A DNA stretch of 60,041 nucleotides, counting the filler, from Basidiobolus ranarum (Eukaryota): assembly GCA_040143965.1 (NCBI GenBank). It is 6 parts of 6 records of this genome, joined end to end, with 100 filler letters (N's around TTAATTAATTAA, not from the genome) between each part and the next. Parts side by side here need not be neighbours in the genome. Positions count along the whole stretch, not along the records: positions 10,061 to 20,012 come from JASJQH010000762.1; positions 20,113 to 30,053 come from JASJQH010000763.1; 4 more parts are not named here. One strand, written 5' to 3'. Numbering within the stretch: the stretch's first letter is position 1; each line of letters starts with the position of its first letter. Shown piece by piece: positions 14,630 to 27,585 of the stretch. Under the pieces are notes generated by a model that saw only the letters and a program-made list of their open reading frames with translations, had not been told where the DNA came from and made no database searches. The position numbers and the translations under genes were made by a program.

Positions 14630-15602
14630 GCGTAGATGGTCAAGAATCAATCATAATACCATAAAAGGGTCGACAGGATTGCCTCCAACCCAAATGAGCA
14701 GTTGGCCATTTTCGATAGTTCTTATGCTAACAGATCGATGACTGTGAGAGGTTTTGAAGGAACCATCCTCTTATTCCTAACTCCGAATACATAGCATAAA
14801 TATACATACCAAACCTTAGTATTCCTTAATCCATTTCAAACTATATTTGATTAAACGTGTGAATAAATAACCATTTTATCCGTAACTGAGTTGCGATCTT
14901 AGCTGATCCTTCTCCTTAGTCAAGAAAAGTTGGTGTTTGGATTGGCTGTGGATATGATTTCAAGCCACTACATCTAATTGGATTCAAAGATCTGGAATGG
15001 CAAACCATAAACTGGTTGAACAAGATAAATATTTGCGCCTCAAGTAACGGCGTGCTACTTTACCAGAGCAACATCATATGTTAAGGCGGAGAATACGCAA
15101 CAGTTACACTAACATAGGAGGCTGGAACATTAAACTAAACTAACCCAATATGAAATGCGAATCTGAACATTATAGGCTGAATTTTAAAAATAATTTCGAT
15201 TTAGAAAACGGCGGTGATTATTGTGTCTCAATCGGTTTTAAGGAGTATCAAGGTTGATAGGAATGATGCGAAGTTGGCTGTTGATTTACTGATTCAATCA
15301 TTACGCCGTTCCGCTTAATTTATGGCTAGCTATTCGCCTTCTAAGGAGTAGAAACAGGAATTTTCTGGCTACCTCTCCTCTTTATTGGAGTGTCAAGCGA
15401 TATATCTAAGCAGTCAATAATATACTCCGTAGCATTACAATACATGTAGGGTAAAAAATAATCATTAATTTACTTTTAATACTTAGAGTGAAGGCTTCGT
15501 AGAAGATACTTAAAGAGTCCGATATTCCCAAGGAATAGCTCACCCATCTTAAATCCAGATAGCCTGCGTATTAATTTTAACATCCTCCATTCTAAATTAG
15601 TG

Positions 15603-16592
15603 ATGGCAATGAAGCTCGGTCATATTGGATACGTATCGATTGTTTCCGCTGACAACTCTTATGTTGAAGAGAAAGGACGCATTCTAAAAGTAGTCTCATC
15701 TAACCTTTCTGTACGTTTGCAGCGCGCTCTTTTCGTACTGGCTGTTTTTTTACTCGGTGTGGTTACCCTGGGTATTTCTTCCATCTCTGTCAATAATCCT
15801 CAGATTGAATTTACTATAGTTACAGCTGCTAGCGGGAATCATTTTTGCCCTCTCCAGGCGTTTATTTACTCGTTGAATAGGTCTTTACAGTTGCTTCCGT
15901 TGAACATGAAACCCCGGATATTGGTTTATGATTTGGGTCTCAATGAGGAGCAGCATACGTCTATTTTCAGTTTGGCTTCAGAGGGGATGATAGATGAGCT
16001 TTTAAGCTTCAATTACTCCATGTATCCAAGTTTTTGGGATATCAAAGCTAGTAGAGGAGAGTATGCATGGAAGGTTGGAATTATCCATGAAGTAGCTCAA
16101 AAGTATCCTGGAGTGGTGCTATGGATGGACTCTGGTAATCGAGTATTTCCAAAGTTCCTTGCTGATGTGGTAGAGCATGTTGAACTTCAAGGGTTTTACA
16201 GTCCACCTAGTTCTGGTAATGTTGGCCAATGGATGCATCCAGGAATGCCACAATATTTTGGTGATAATATCGAAAGGTATGCAGAAGAGACTAACTGTAA
16301 TGGAGCATTTGTCGGGGTCAACTCTAATAATCATCAGGTGATGCAGTCTCTAATCGAACCCTGGTTCGATTGCGCTATGAACAAAGAATGTATAGCTCCT
16401 GTGGGCTCTAGTCGTGTTAACCATCGGCAGGATCAAGCAGCTTTGACGTATTTGACATTAAACAGTCGGTATCGATGCTCCTATGAGAGTTTCAAGGGTT
16501 TACTAATACATCAAGATAAGGACTGTGAAAGACAAATCGCATCTTATAGGACACGCCAACAAAAGCTGAGTCGTAACAGCTATTGGTCATAG
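15603..16592 (+). CDS. DUF1647-like type II membrane protein, paralog 2 (single exon)
   Basis: The same motif series (TAASGNHF, VYDLGL, YAWKVGII, LWMDSG, NHRQDQAAL) in one uninterrupted ORF with an N-terminal TM helix. Confidence 0.75.
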   Translation: MAMKLGHIGYVSIVSADNSYVEEKGRILKVVSSNLSVRLQRALFVLAVFLLGVVTLGISSISVNNPQIEFTIVTAASGNHFCPLQAFIYSLNRSLQLLPLNMKPRILVYDLGLNEEQHTSIFSLASEGMIDELLSFNYSMYPSFWDIKASRGEYAWKVGIIHEVAQKYPGVVLWMDSGNRVFPKFLADVVEHVELQGFYSPPSSGNVGQWMHPGMPQYFGDNIERYAEETNCNGAFVGVNSNNHQVMQSLIEPWFDCAMNKECIAPVGSSRVNHRQDQAALTYLTLNSRYRCSYESFKGLLIHQDKDCERQIASYRTRQQKLSRNSYWS

Positions 16593-17637
16593 GATTTTTG
16601 TCATTGTAAATTGACTTTCTTATATAAGTCGTGGAAACAAACCCACATTACATATATGTCCATACTTTGTAATTGCCTTGCAACATGGTAGAACACTCGT
16701 TGTTATCAGTATGTTGCTCTATCCAGTTGTTTACTTTACATACCATTCTTATTTCAAAATCTCTCTTTAAAATACCGATTCTAATTTTTGTAGTTGAAAA
16801 GAGGTGCATATTAATTGACAAGGCTGAACATAATAAATAATGCTATGATACGTGCTATTTTAGAAGTTCAGTGAGGAATTTTGAATGCTACAGTAATAGC
16901 ATGAAAAAATACAAGGCTACATATATACAAAAGTCGAGTATTCACTGCGAAGTTTGTCTAACCAATGTATTCCTTCGAAAAACTATCAATAAACGTATAT
17001 TGCAGAATATCTATTTTCCCAAATGTTACTGCGTATAAATCAAAACATCACCCAAACCTCGTCGAAAGTTTAGATTAAACTATAGATCTATAGTACCATT
17101 CAATTTCAGAATATACCAAGTCGCATGTTAAATGGAAAATTGTCTCAAGGTACTAGGTTGTAAATTGATTAATTTTATTGCCGAGTTAAGTGTGAAAACT
17201 CGAGGTAGTGTGCGGATTATGCTGACCTCAACAAAAAGAATTTCAATAGTAATGAAGATACATTAACAAATATACAAGTGGGATATGGGTTACAGTGTTT
17301 TAGCCTAAAATGAGACAATTTAAAAAAATTAGACGCTTCATAAAATATATGGGACGATTGCAAAAAAACTTTGAGACAAGTGAATGCAAAGAAAAATAGG
17401 CAATGTAGTTTTTTTGTAGACGAAGCGCATTAATGTTCAAAGACTTACACTGTATCTTGGATTAGTGTAGCGGTAACTACAAAGGATGGGTTGGTTTTTT
17501 GGTGGGTCGACTATGACTAGCTAATGAGACCCCCTTTCTTTTATAGCTTGTGGAGGGAGCTGCCTTCAGTCTGCAAAATCGCTTTTTTTTTGAGACACAT
17601 AATTGGGTGTGTACGATCAAAGTATATGAGGATACTT

Positions 17638-19906
17638 CTAATTGTTAGTTGAAAAGAATTTCGGTAGATTACTGTCCAAAGAAGATGAGGTAGATTCCTT
17701 GTAGGGATACTCCTTTAGCCCGGAAGTGGCCTGGCTGCCGGTAGAGTTTTGAGCCAAAAGTGATAATTGGGTGTCATAACTCTCATTTGTACTCGACTGG
17801 TATCGTAATTCTGTGCTTCCGTACAACCCGGACCTGTGACTTGGGTAAGAGAGCATTTGGTTAGAAGCCTGTAAAGAGCTGCAGGTACGATTGTTGTTAT
17901 TGAAGCCAGGATAATAAGCACCATCATGAGGAAATTCAACTGATTCCAAGTATTCAAATCTACAGGTGGTGTTACTCTCGATGCTCGGTGACTTGGCTTG
18001 GTTGGGAAGCCAAGCGGACTCTTCTTTGAAATTATCAGATGTATGATCGACTATGCTCTTACATTTTTGAGCAACCATAGTGAGAATATTACTCAAAATT
18101 TTGACTATCCATGCGAGCTGAAACGACAGGATCAAAAGAATAATGATTAACCCGCACCATTCCTTTGCAATATCGCTAGCGTATACTGGAGGTACGAAGG
18201 CAAATAGTAAACTTACAACAACAATCTTTAGAGTTTGACGAGTAATTTCCCATCTATTCACTGTTGAGCTAATCCAAGGACGCACTCTCACTAAACCATA
18301 GAGAACACCGACCTCCAGGCATAGCAACAAAATTAACTGGATGAGGCCACTCTTCTGTCCAAAGGCCACGATCGCCGCTAAAGCAATATGATATCCAATA
18401 TCAATAATTGCGAAACGACACGTATCAGAAGTGTACCCGTTGTATAGCGGCCCATAGAGAAGCATGTAAAACGAATCAATGAAAACTATTGACTGTGGAG
18501 CGATTCGTAGTATATGACCAAGTATGGTTCCAACAAATCCCAAGGATAGTATTGCAACAACAATAGCAGCGACGACAGTTAACCACAATGACTTATTGAG
18601 ATAAATCTGATGGAACGCAAATAGTGTGAGAGGCAAGTGAAATAAGAGTTGTACTCTAAGAGTATTCCCTTGAAAGAATAGTGACAGTTTAGTCTACTTG
18701 TTGGAATTCACAATTAGAATGCCGAAACTACCTGCTACAAAAGCAATGATCTTCTTTCTTGAGTAAGGGAATCCATCCCAGTGTGTTTTAATTAATAGGG
18801 CCACAAAGCTGGCTAGAACCGATAGTACCAGGGTAAATCCAAGTACTATAGCCAATACAATCAGAGTTGACGCAAGCAAATCCTCTTCATCCAGTCCGAC
18901 GTAATGGGCAAAATATGAGAAACCATGCTGATCTGGGGATATAGTTGGAGCAGGAATAACTGCTAAGTTTCGAATTTGACGAGCAGCTTGGTTTAAAACT
19001 GAGTTGCCAAGCACGAACATGGTCGAATGAAAAGAGCTAATAAAGCTCTGGTAAAAGTACGGATAGTTCAAGTTTAATAGTGCAGTAATAACCGCGTACT
19101 GAAGATAATAGACCATACCAAAGGGTCCCGGATATTGTAGATTTTGAGACATTTCACTTATCTCCATCTTGGAGCTAAATGCAAATATATCCCACTTCTT
19201 GCCAAGAAAAAACCCAATGAGCGTCACAAGTACACTAAATAGCACGGAGTAAAGAACCACAATATTTATGATACGAAAGTACGTCTGATCCGTTTGGTCC
19301 CGTTCCAAGTAGAAGCATCCATATTCGCCGCCACGCTCATCTTGAAGATACGACGTGATCTTTACATTAACAAATGGGACTAGTTTCGATAGCTTCAGGC
19401 TCTACAGGAGAATATTTAGAGGTTTGTAAGTGAAAATAGTGAAGTGAAGTTTAGAAGAGAGCTTACTCTGGCGAAAGTTACGTGGCCAGGACCCTGAATA
19501 GGACAATTGCCTAACTCTTCACAAAGTTGATCATCATAATATTTAAAGACTTGAAAATTAAGCATAGAAACAAAAAATACTGCGCTTGCACGATCTATCG
19601 AGATGTTAGTATAGAGAAATTAAAGGTCATAATACGGCAGAGTTACATACATGGCGGAACATTACTCACCCCCACTAAAGTACTGCTATCACTCATTCCC
19701 GTAACATTAAAAGTTATGGATTTTTTAGAAGCACATAGTTGTGATGATCCAAATATGGGATTCCACGAATGGCCACTATTTCCGCATCTTCCAAGTTGTG
19801 TAAAAGCTGTTTGAGCCTTAACGGCTGTAATCAAAGAGAGACAACAAATAAGACATAGAAGCGAAGGAAAGAAATATTTGGGGTGTCGCGGTGGGTGATT
19901 AGTCAT
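17638..19906 (-). CDS. Fungal FLC/Pkd2-type TRP-like membrane protein (signal peptide, Cys-containing ML-like domain, multi-TM domain)
   Basis: Signal peptide at 19906, LCEELGNCPIQGPG luminal segment, YLQYAVITALLNLNYPYFYQSF and LYGPLYNGY motifs typical of this family, many TM helices and a Ser-rich tail. Several GT-AG introns. Confidence 0.7.
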
Positions 19907-20012
19907 AGAATTTATAAATAGATAGATAAGGCTCGAAGGATGGAATTTAGGTACGTTGCAATAGGACCCACAGTCTTAATACGATAGATTAAAGTGTATG
20001 AGACGCTTGAGA

Positions 20013-20112
20013 NNNNNNNNNNNNNNNNNNNNNNNNNNNNNNNNNNNNNNNNNNNNTTAATTAATTAANNNNNNNNNNNNNNNNNNNNNNNNNNNNNNNN
20101 NNNNNNNNNNNN
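20013..20112. other. Artificial contig-joining spacer
   Basis: N44-TTAATTAATTAA-N44. Confidence 0.98.
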
Positions 20113-20882
20113 TCATGCAGATGCAAAAAGGGGGTTCCATTCCCCAGTGGGTGGCCATGAAAAGATAGCAATTGATCGATGGTCATGTTGCTGATTAATA
20201 CACAATTATCTCCAATTTAGGAAATATAATGGCCGCATAACCTCATTGAAGAGAGTTCTATTTTTAGCAATGAATTGTCTTGGCTTCATAACCAGTATAA
20301 TATAGCACATCATATCATCAAAAAGATGATTGGCTGGTGACTGAATTCTAGAGAGAGATTGTATCATATGGGCATATCTAATTCCATGTAGTGTTCCATA
20401 CTAGCTAATCTCGTAAGGTTTACCGCGAACCCAAATGGGTTAGCTCCTTGAGAACTAAATTGGTCATGGTACCTGTTTGTTGTCACTGCTAATATTCAAC
20501 GGAATTTAACGATACGACTTGTACGACACCATATTCCAGTCGTATTGGTGATTTTATTCAAAGTAAATAAAACAATAATCTCCCAAAGATGGATCGAGGT
20601 GAGGTACAGACTGTTGGTTAGATCGATAGTATAGGAGAACCAATGGGCCAGCCAGCTTAACCGAACAGACAAAGCCTTTTCCCCTTCATTCAATATGGTT
20701 CAATGGTGTATCCGGTTTCCTGACAAATAAATGAAAATTGACAGGAAGAGTATATGATATATAGTAAAATGAGATATTTTCACTAGTAAATGGAGTGTGT
20801 GTAGGTAGAGAATTCAACTTCTAATACAAGAAAAAAAGGGAAGCAACAAAATTATACCAAGTAAATAAAAATTAATGGGAAA

Positions 20883-23800
20883 TTAAAAACATAAGAATTT
20901 GCTCTTTTTTCTTGCTTCTACAAGTAGTTCTTCAATTCTGGCCTCCAGCATAGTATTTCTTTGGGCTAGACTATCTCCTTTGGCACGTTCTTGTTCCAAT
21001 TCTTTACGAGCACTCTCCACTTTGATCTTTAATTCTTCGATTGATCTACCTAGTTTCTCATTCTTGGCGACATGGTCTCCAACATTTTTGCGCAAGTCGT
21101 TTACCGTGGTTTGAAGTTCATTTTGACGTGCTTCGCTTTCGGATAAGGAGTTTTCCAGGGATCCTATGGCTGTCACATGGTTCTCCAAATCCTTTTCTAA
21201 ATTGACTACCTTGGAGCGAAGGGCGATTGTCTCACTTTTATCTTGGGCAACTGGTGGTGATTGCGCACGTGAGGGTGTTGGAGAGGGTGGAGTTGAAGAG
21301 ACGACTGCTGCTTCGTTCTGAAGAACATCAGCAGATAGTATAGGTGGTGGAATGGATGGGGGAGGGGCCGGCGGAGGAGAAACAGCTGCTGAATTAATAT
21401 TCTTATTATAAGAGGGGCGTTCTGAGAGATCTTGACCACGCTTCAATTCAGAATTAACTTCCTGGATTTTACGTTCAAGCTCACCAATCTTCTCATCTTG
21501 CTTCTTGATTAATTTGGTTTGCTGTTCAATGATACTTTCATTTTCAGAAAGTTTCATACGAAGGTTCACAACCATTTGATCAACGTCACTGCCGGTTTGT
21601 TGACTTTGATCAAAGGTCGCCTCCGAGAAAAAAGACCGGGGGGATGGTGTAGGAGGGGATTTGGATGGATCTTCACTCTCGGATAAAGTGGCTTGCCGCT
21701 GACTCTGATCACGGTCTGTTTCTTTTGGGTTGCTTCGAGACAAATTAGTGACTTGGGCTTCGAGCTCAGCGATGTTTTGGCTGTATTTAACATTTCCAGC
21801 GCTTAGTTCTTTGTTTTCTTTTTCCAACTGATTAATGAGGTCGGTAAGGTTTTTTACCTCACCACTAAGCTTGATATAATTAGTGTTCTGTTCACCAGTA
21901 AGTGATAGACGCTGATGCAGAGCTTCATTTGTCAAGTTCAACTCTTCAATCTGAGCCACCAAAATATTGGCTTCTTCCTCACTAACTCCGCTTTCAGATT
22001 TGTATTCTTGGAACTGCATAATTTGCTCAGCAAGATTCCGATTTTTTACATCAAGTTCTTCAATAAATTGCTCCATTGTCTTGATGTCGTCGGTATAGGC
22101 CTTATTGCTTAGCTCGAGAATTGTTTGAGTATTTTCAAGCTCTGCTATACGGTCAGTCAGCGTGGTTTGCCTTGCATCAAATTCAATTTGTTTGGACTCT
22201 ACATTCTTGTTCAAATCTTCTTCCAATGTCCTTTTAGAATCTTCTAACTGTGCGATGGTCTTTAGATGCATCTCCTTTTCGACGTCAGCTGAAGCAATCA
22301 AAGTTTCCAAAGATTCAACTCGAATATTCAGTTCTTCGATTTGTTTAGAACTATCGTCTCTCGCCTGGGAAAGGTTATTTTCCATCAGATGCCTTAACTC
22401 TTCATTCGTCTTTTCTAAAGTGTCAATAGAGTTTCGATAGTCCTCATTTTGTTTCGTAAGCGAGTTAACGGTGCTTTCCAGCGTTTCAATTTGTCCAGTT
22501 AGTGCTTCAATCCTCTGATTATCAGAGCAAACTTGGATTTCCTTCAACTCAGTTAAATCCTTTTTCAATGTTAGTTTGGCCTCTTCTAACTGTGATTTCT
22601 CATCTCCTAACGATGTAATCATTGATTCCAGGCTGGCGATTTTTTGATCGTATATCTGACGATCCTCTGCAAACAAATCATCAACGTTTTGCGTATCTTT
22701 GGTGGAGTTCAAGTCTTGAATGACTGTGTTAAGCTCAATTTTGTCTTTTTGAAGAGAGTCAATTGTCGCTTTAAGACCTGATACTTCGTTTTCCAACTCT
22801 TCCACATGGGATGAACCCTCCATCGCACGGGTTGTTTCGTTTTGAGCTTGGGCTAGAGCTTCTTCAAGTTCTTTCACTTGCTTAGCATAGGTTTGATTAC
22901 GAAGCTCCGATTCTTCAAGCTCTTTGTAGGCCTGTTCAAGTTTTTCAGGCTGATCGACAGTCACTTGAGCAAGTCGTTCTTGATGTACATCGGAAAGATC
23001 TTTCTCTAGAGATTCAATACGACTGTTGGATTCTGCTAGTTCTTTTAGCAGTGATTCGGCCAATCGAGCACTCTCCTGTGCTTGTCTGATGGATTGGTCC
23101 AATTTCTCTTCAAGCTCATTAACCTTCTCCAAATGTTTTCTTTCAGCGATTTCAGATTGCTCCAATTGAATCTTCAGTTCCTCCACCATTTTTAGATACT
23201 CTTGAACACCTTTTGTTCCTTCTGACTGAATATTTCTGGTTTCCATGATTTGATGTTGTAATTCTTCAATTTGTAGTACAGCATCGGAATATTCATCCTC
23301 TACATGGGATAGTTGAGCTTTCAACTCAGCCACGGTAACTTCATTCAATTCGTTTTCAGATTGAGCAGCTTTGAGTTTCGTAAGACTAAGACGAACGTTG
23401 ATCTCAGCATTTTCGGCAGTATACCTAGCATCTTGGAGTTGTCCTTCCAAGGTTTCAATGTATTTCTCATACTCTTCGATGATTGGTTCCACATCTTTTT
23501 GAAAATCTTCCGACGCCTCTTTCTCACGTGCTATGCGCTTCTTGAGTTGTTGATGTTCAGCACGTAACTTGGCCAAATCAAAACAAGCTTGATTGTAATG
23601 TTGTAACAAACTATTATAATTATTATCCACTTGTAGCAAATCCTGTTCAAGCGTTTCGGTACGTAATTTAAGGGCAGCAATAACATTTTCTTGTTCTGGA
23701 GAAACCACTGGAATATCTATCATGAAATGAATGAGTAATTTCATTAAAATCTTGTCAAATGATTATACACTCATATCTATAAACCCTCATTACCGTCAGA

Positions 23801-25556
23801 AATCCGACTTTCTCCTTTGATGGCTCGGAGCTCTTCTTTAAGTTTTTTAACTAAAGTTCGAAGATAATCGACATCTCCTGAGAGTTCAGAATTAAGAACA
23901 ACTTGGTTCTTAATATTCCTCGCACGATTGGCATATTGAAGCGTATTCTATAGGTTATATTGTATCAGCGTATGAACAAAGAATAGTCCTACATCCAAAC
24001 ATAAAAAAATCTATACATACAAGGGTCTCGTTAAGATTGGATTCTACTGGAGAAACACAAGCAATCATAAGAGTGTAACTGTTCCCTCCAAGAGAATCTT
24101 GAAGCAACCTGGTAAGCTTAGAATCTAAATTCCAATTGATTAGAAATTTAGTACATTTAAGAGACCAACTAAGAGTCCTGTGACTTACCTCGATAAGGAA
24201 CATGAGCATTCTTCTTGGATTGATCACCTAACGCAGAGATTACATTTCCTAGTGCTAACAATCCAGCATTAATACTAATCCCCTCTTTTGCACGTTCTCC
24301 GATAGCGTTGGTCCTCTTCAACTATAAAACAATAAAGTTCAGATGAGTCTTTCTATAGAATACACAAATATTGGTCCAAGTGGATCTATACCCTTTCAGA
24401 ACCAGCCAAATCAACAAAATGAAATTTGGAATTCAGTATCAGTTTGTCACCCTCATTTAAAGATTTTTTGGTAAATGTAGGTGAAGTAGGAGTTGAAGGA
24501 CCCATCGTATCAGTATCAACCATCTTTTCTTGACGTAAACTAATTGAAAAGATCGCATGAGAACGGGAAGATTTCTCGTTCATCTCTGTGGCACCAGTTT
24601 GTCGAGCAAGGGAACCACATTCAAGGTAACTAGAGTCATTTCAAGTGTTAAATTCAATCAAGTCGTCTTGAATGAAATAAATGAAAAATTACTTGAGAAC
24701 ATCATCTAGAGAGTAAACAACAGCCTCTTTGACTCCTGTCCAGTAGATATTGCCTCGAGGGTCCTCACGAATATTGACTTGAGAACGCATACCTTCGTAT
24801 GCAGCCAACAAATCAATCAATTCTTCGTTGTAAATTTCTAGATAAGATACACGAACTTGGAAATTCCCGGGTGAATTTTTCAAAAGATCAAAAAGCGTGC
24901 TTACCGCACGAGGAATAATTCCTAACAGCGAAATTCGATGAGTAAATGTATCAGTGGAATTTGAAATCAAAGTCTCTTTACAAACCTTGTGCTTCCAAAG
25001 GTATATGCTTACGAGAACCAGTTCCCATAGTAAAGGTTTTTCCAGAAGAAGTTTGTCCCTAAAATAGTTTTTCAATCAACGTTTCGTTTAGTTTTATCGT
25101 GCTTCATAAAGGAGAAGTAATTGGCTTGTATGGGCAACTTACATAAGCCAAGATAGTGGCGTTAAATCCTGAAAAGACAGGACAGTTAATACTATAAGTA
25201 GAATCGAGTGGAATAATATGTATAAAAACCTTGAGTAAACTTGTCCATAAGTTGTAGGACACTTTGCGAATAAATATCATTTTGTCCAGCATCTGGGCCG
25301 AATACATGATCATAGGTGAACTGTCGGTTATGTGGAACAACACTTATGATTGGAGCCTCTGGTGTATATCCCAGAACTTCAGTATTTCCACGAGTGCCCT
25401 TTAGACGCTCATTGGGCTGAATAGGTCTAACTCGGACAGCTGTTAAAGACTGAAAGTTAGCCCATGTCTTGGCGTATATTTAAACTAGAGGTATATATAT
25501 AAGTACGTGCCTACTTGGACCGTTAGTGGTCCTTGCGTAGAGTTAAGGTTTGGCAT
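20883..25556 (-). CDS. Kinesin-4 family (KIF4/KIF21-like) motor with a long coiled-coil tail
   Basis: Spliced motor motifs [26 protein letters not shown] (P-loop), [28 protein letters not shown] and [21 protein letters not shown] tail exon of about 940 aa is coiled coil and ends KKSKFLCF. Confidence 0.92.
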
Positions 25557-26709
25557 TATAGTTTCATGCAAATCTAAACTCGTGTTCGTGTTAATTAAAG
25601 ATTATGATATGTGACTTATAAAGAGGAGAAATATAAGAGAATGAAAAGGTGAACAAAATAGAAGTTAAAAGGTAGAGTAAGTTAACAAGTGGTACAAAAT
25701 ATATATTAGACTAGCTAAGTATTATATTTTAATAGTAAATACCGAAGCAATTATGAAAAATGGATTTATAGAGGAATATGGAAGGTTACACCAATAAGTA
25801 AAAAGAATCGAGTTGATTGAAAGGAAATATGACTAAACGGGCAGGGGCTGAACAATGTTAACAAGGGAGATTGAGGTGTGGAACTGCTAGAATGTACATA
25901 CAACTACAGCATCCTTAACTAATGAAACTCGGAAATATACGAAATTGTGATGGATAAACCCCGGCTAGACAAGCAGAGACGTACGAGCAACAACTGTGTC
26001 CTTCTAACCAACTTGTTTCCTGCGACCAATGTTGCGCTCCTTTGTTGTTTACTAATTTCTAATAGACCTTAGTTGATTAAAGAAAAGTAAACAACCATGA
26101 TTATATATATTATGAATAGTATTGCTGTTGTTTCAATTTAATCCAAATTCGACCACTTTAAGCCAAAAGGATTGACACTATATGCCATTTTAATGTTTGG
26201 GCTAATCGATGAATTGTGATGATGATTTAATCGGTAAAACATTGATTACCTCACTCGGGTGAAATCAAGAATACTCAAGTTTCTCGACTAGGAAGCATCA
26301 CTGAGCACTACTTACCACTGGCACTATCAAAAACAAACCAGATTAATGAAACAGACCACTCACTACGACTCATGGTTCAAGCGTGCATCCAATGAAACAA
26401 CAATCAGCACCAGTGACAATATTATTACATGCAACTCTTTGTGCTTAGAATATAATCAGAGAACAACATAAAATGCTCTGTTATTGGTGAGTTTTATCGT
26501 GAAAATGTCAAAACTAAAAGCTAATTGGTTATAAGTTTAAATGCTTAGTATTACACCCATAGAAATCCGATCTGAGAGGATACACAATCAGATGTACAAA
26601 TCTCATTACAAAACAAAGGAATCAAGGGAACAGAGGATTAGGTAGTTCACATCATATGGTAAAGAACGTATCTCCATTTAGCTGTTGTTCATGAAGAAAA
26701 ACGAAAGTC

Positions 26710-27186
26710 TCATTTTTGGAAATGCAAGACAGTGGGCACTAAATTGTAGCAGAAGGTTATTAATCAGTGGCAAAATATGAAACACTACAAAAAAGATTTA
26801 CCAATAATAGCGATCAGTATAATAACCACAATGGCAGCAATGATCAGCTTTAATTTCATGTTCTTCCACCACATTGCTTTACGAACCTTGTTGGTTCCTT
26901 GTTTAAACCGCAAAGCACCCGCTTCAAGTTGATCTAGTAAAAAGAATAACAATGTTAATATATTGATTACCGTTGAACATAGTATTCGAAGTGAGTAGTA
27001 CCGGCTTTGTTATTGAGCGAATCTAATTTCTCTCCACGTTCCATGACACGCTCAATGTTGTTTTGCATAATTCCAACGACATCATCTACTTGCTTCTGAA
27101 TTCCCTGAGTTTTATTTTGTGACCTGTTAAGGTGAATTTGTAAATGACCTGTTTAACACAACTGACACAAACATGAGATCTTACAT
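26710..27186 (-). CDS. Synaptobrevin / VAMP R-SNARE (Snc1/2-like), four exons
   Basis: Spliced product [94 protein letters not shown], with R-SNARE ERGEKL, WWKN and a C-terminal TM helix. Absent from the ORF track. Confidence 0.93.
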
Positions 27187-27535
27187 GTTAAGTTTGGCTA
27201 CGGTTTAAAGGAGAGTTTGTTAAAAAAAAATGCAACTTGAAAAGAAGATATTAAGTCTTTACTTATGTGGAGAGAGAGGGAATAGAGGTTAACCAAACGC
27301 ACAGTTTAACAAACCAAGATTAGTGCGAGTTGAGCTCAGCCGAAAACTGGTTTCTGAGGTCTATCAAGCTGAAACTTTCATTTTATGTGGTTGCCACTGA
27401 ATTTGGACAATCACAATCTACTTCTAACCAATAAACACAATACCTCATTCTCAATAAGGATTAAGGTTTTTGATAACATATATAGGTAAAACGCAACATG
27501 TATCAGCCATTCACAATATATTGTATGGCACACGC

Positions 27536-27585
27536 TGTTGTCTATGATACTCTGGATTGTTGTCTATGATACTCTGGATTGTTGT
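27536..27585. repeat. Tandem duplication of a 22-bp unit (TGTTGTCTATGATACTCTGGAT, two copies plus a partial)
   Basis: Directly visible exact copies at 27536-27557 and 27558-27579. Confidence 0.9.

Noticed and set aside
20899-23567. Short antisense and alternate-frame ORFs over the kinesin gene (similar ones overlap the chitin synthase, PSD2 and permease genes)
   Set aside because: Shadow ORFs of long coding exons with no recognisable motifs.
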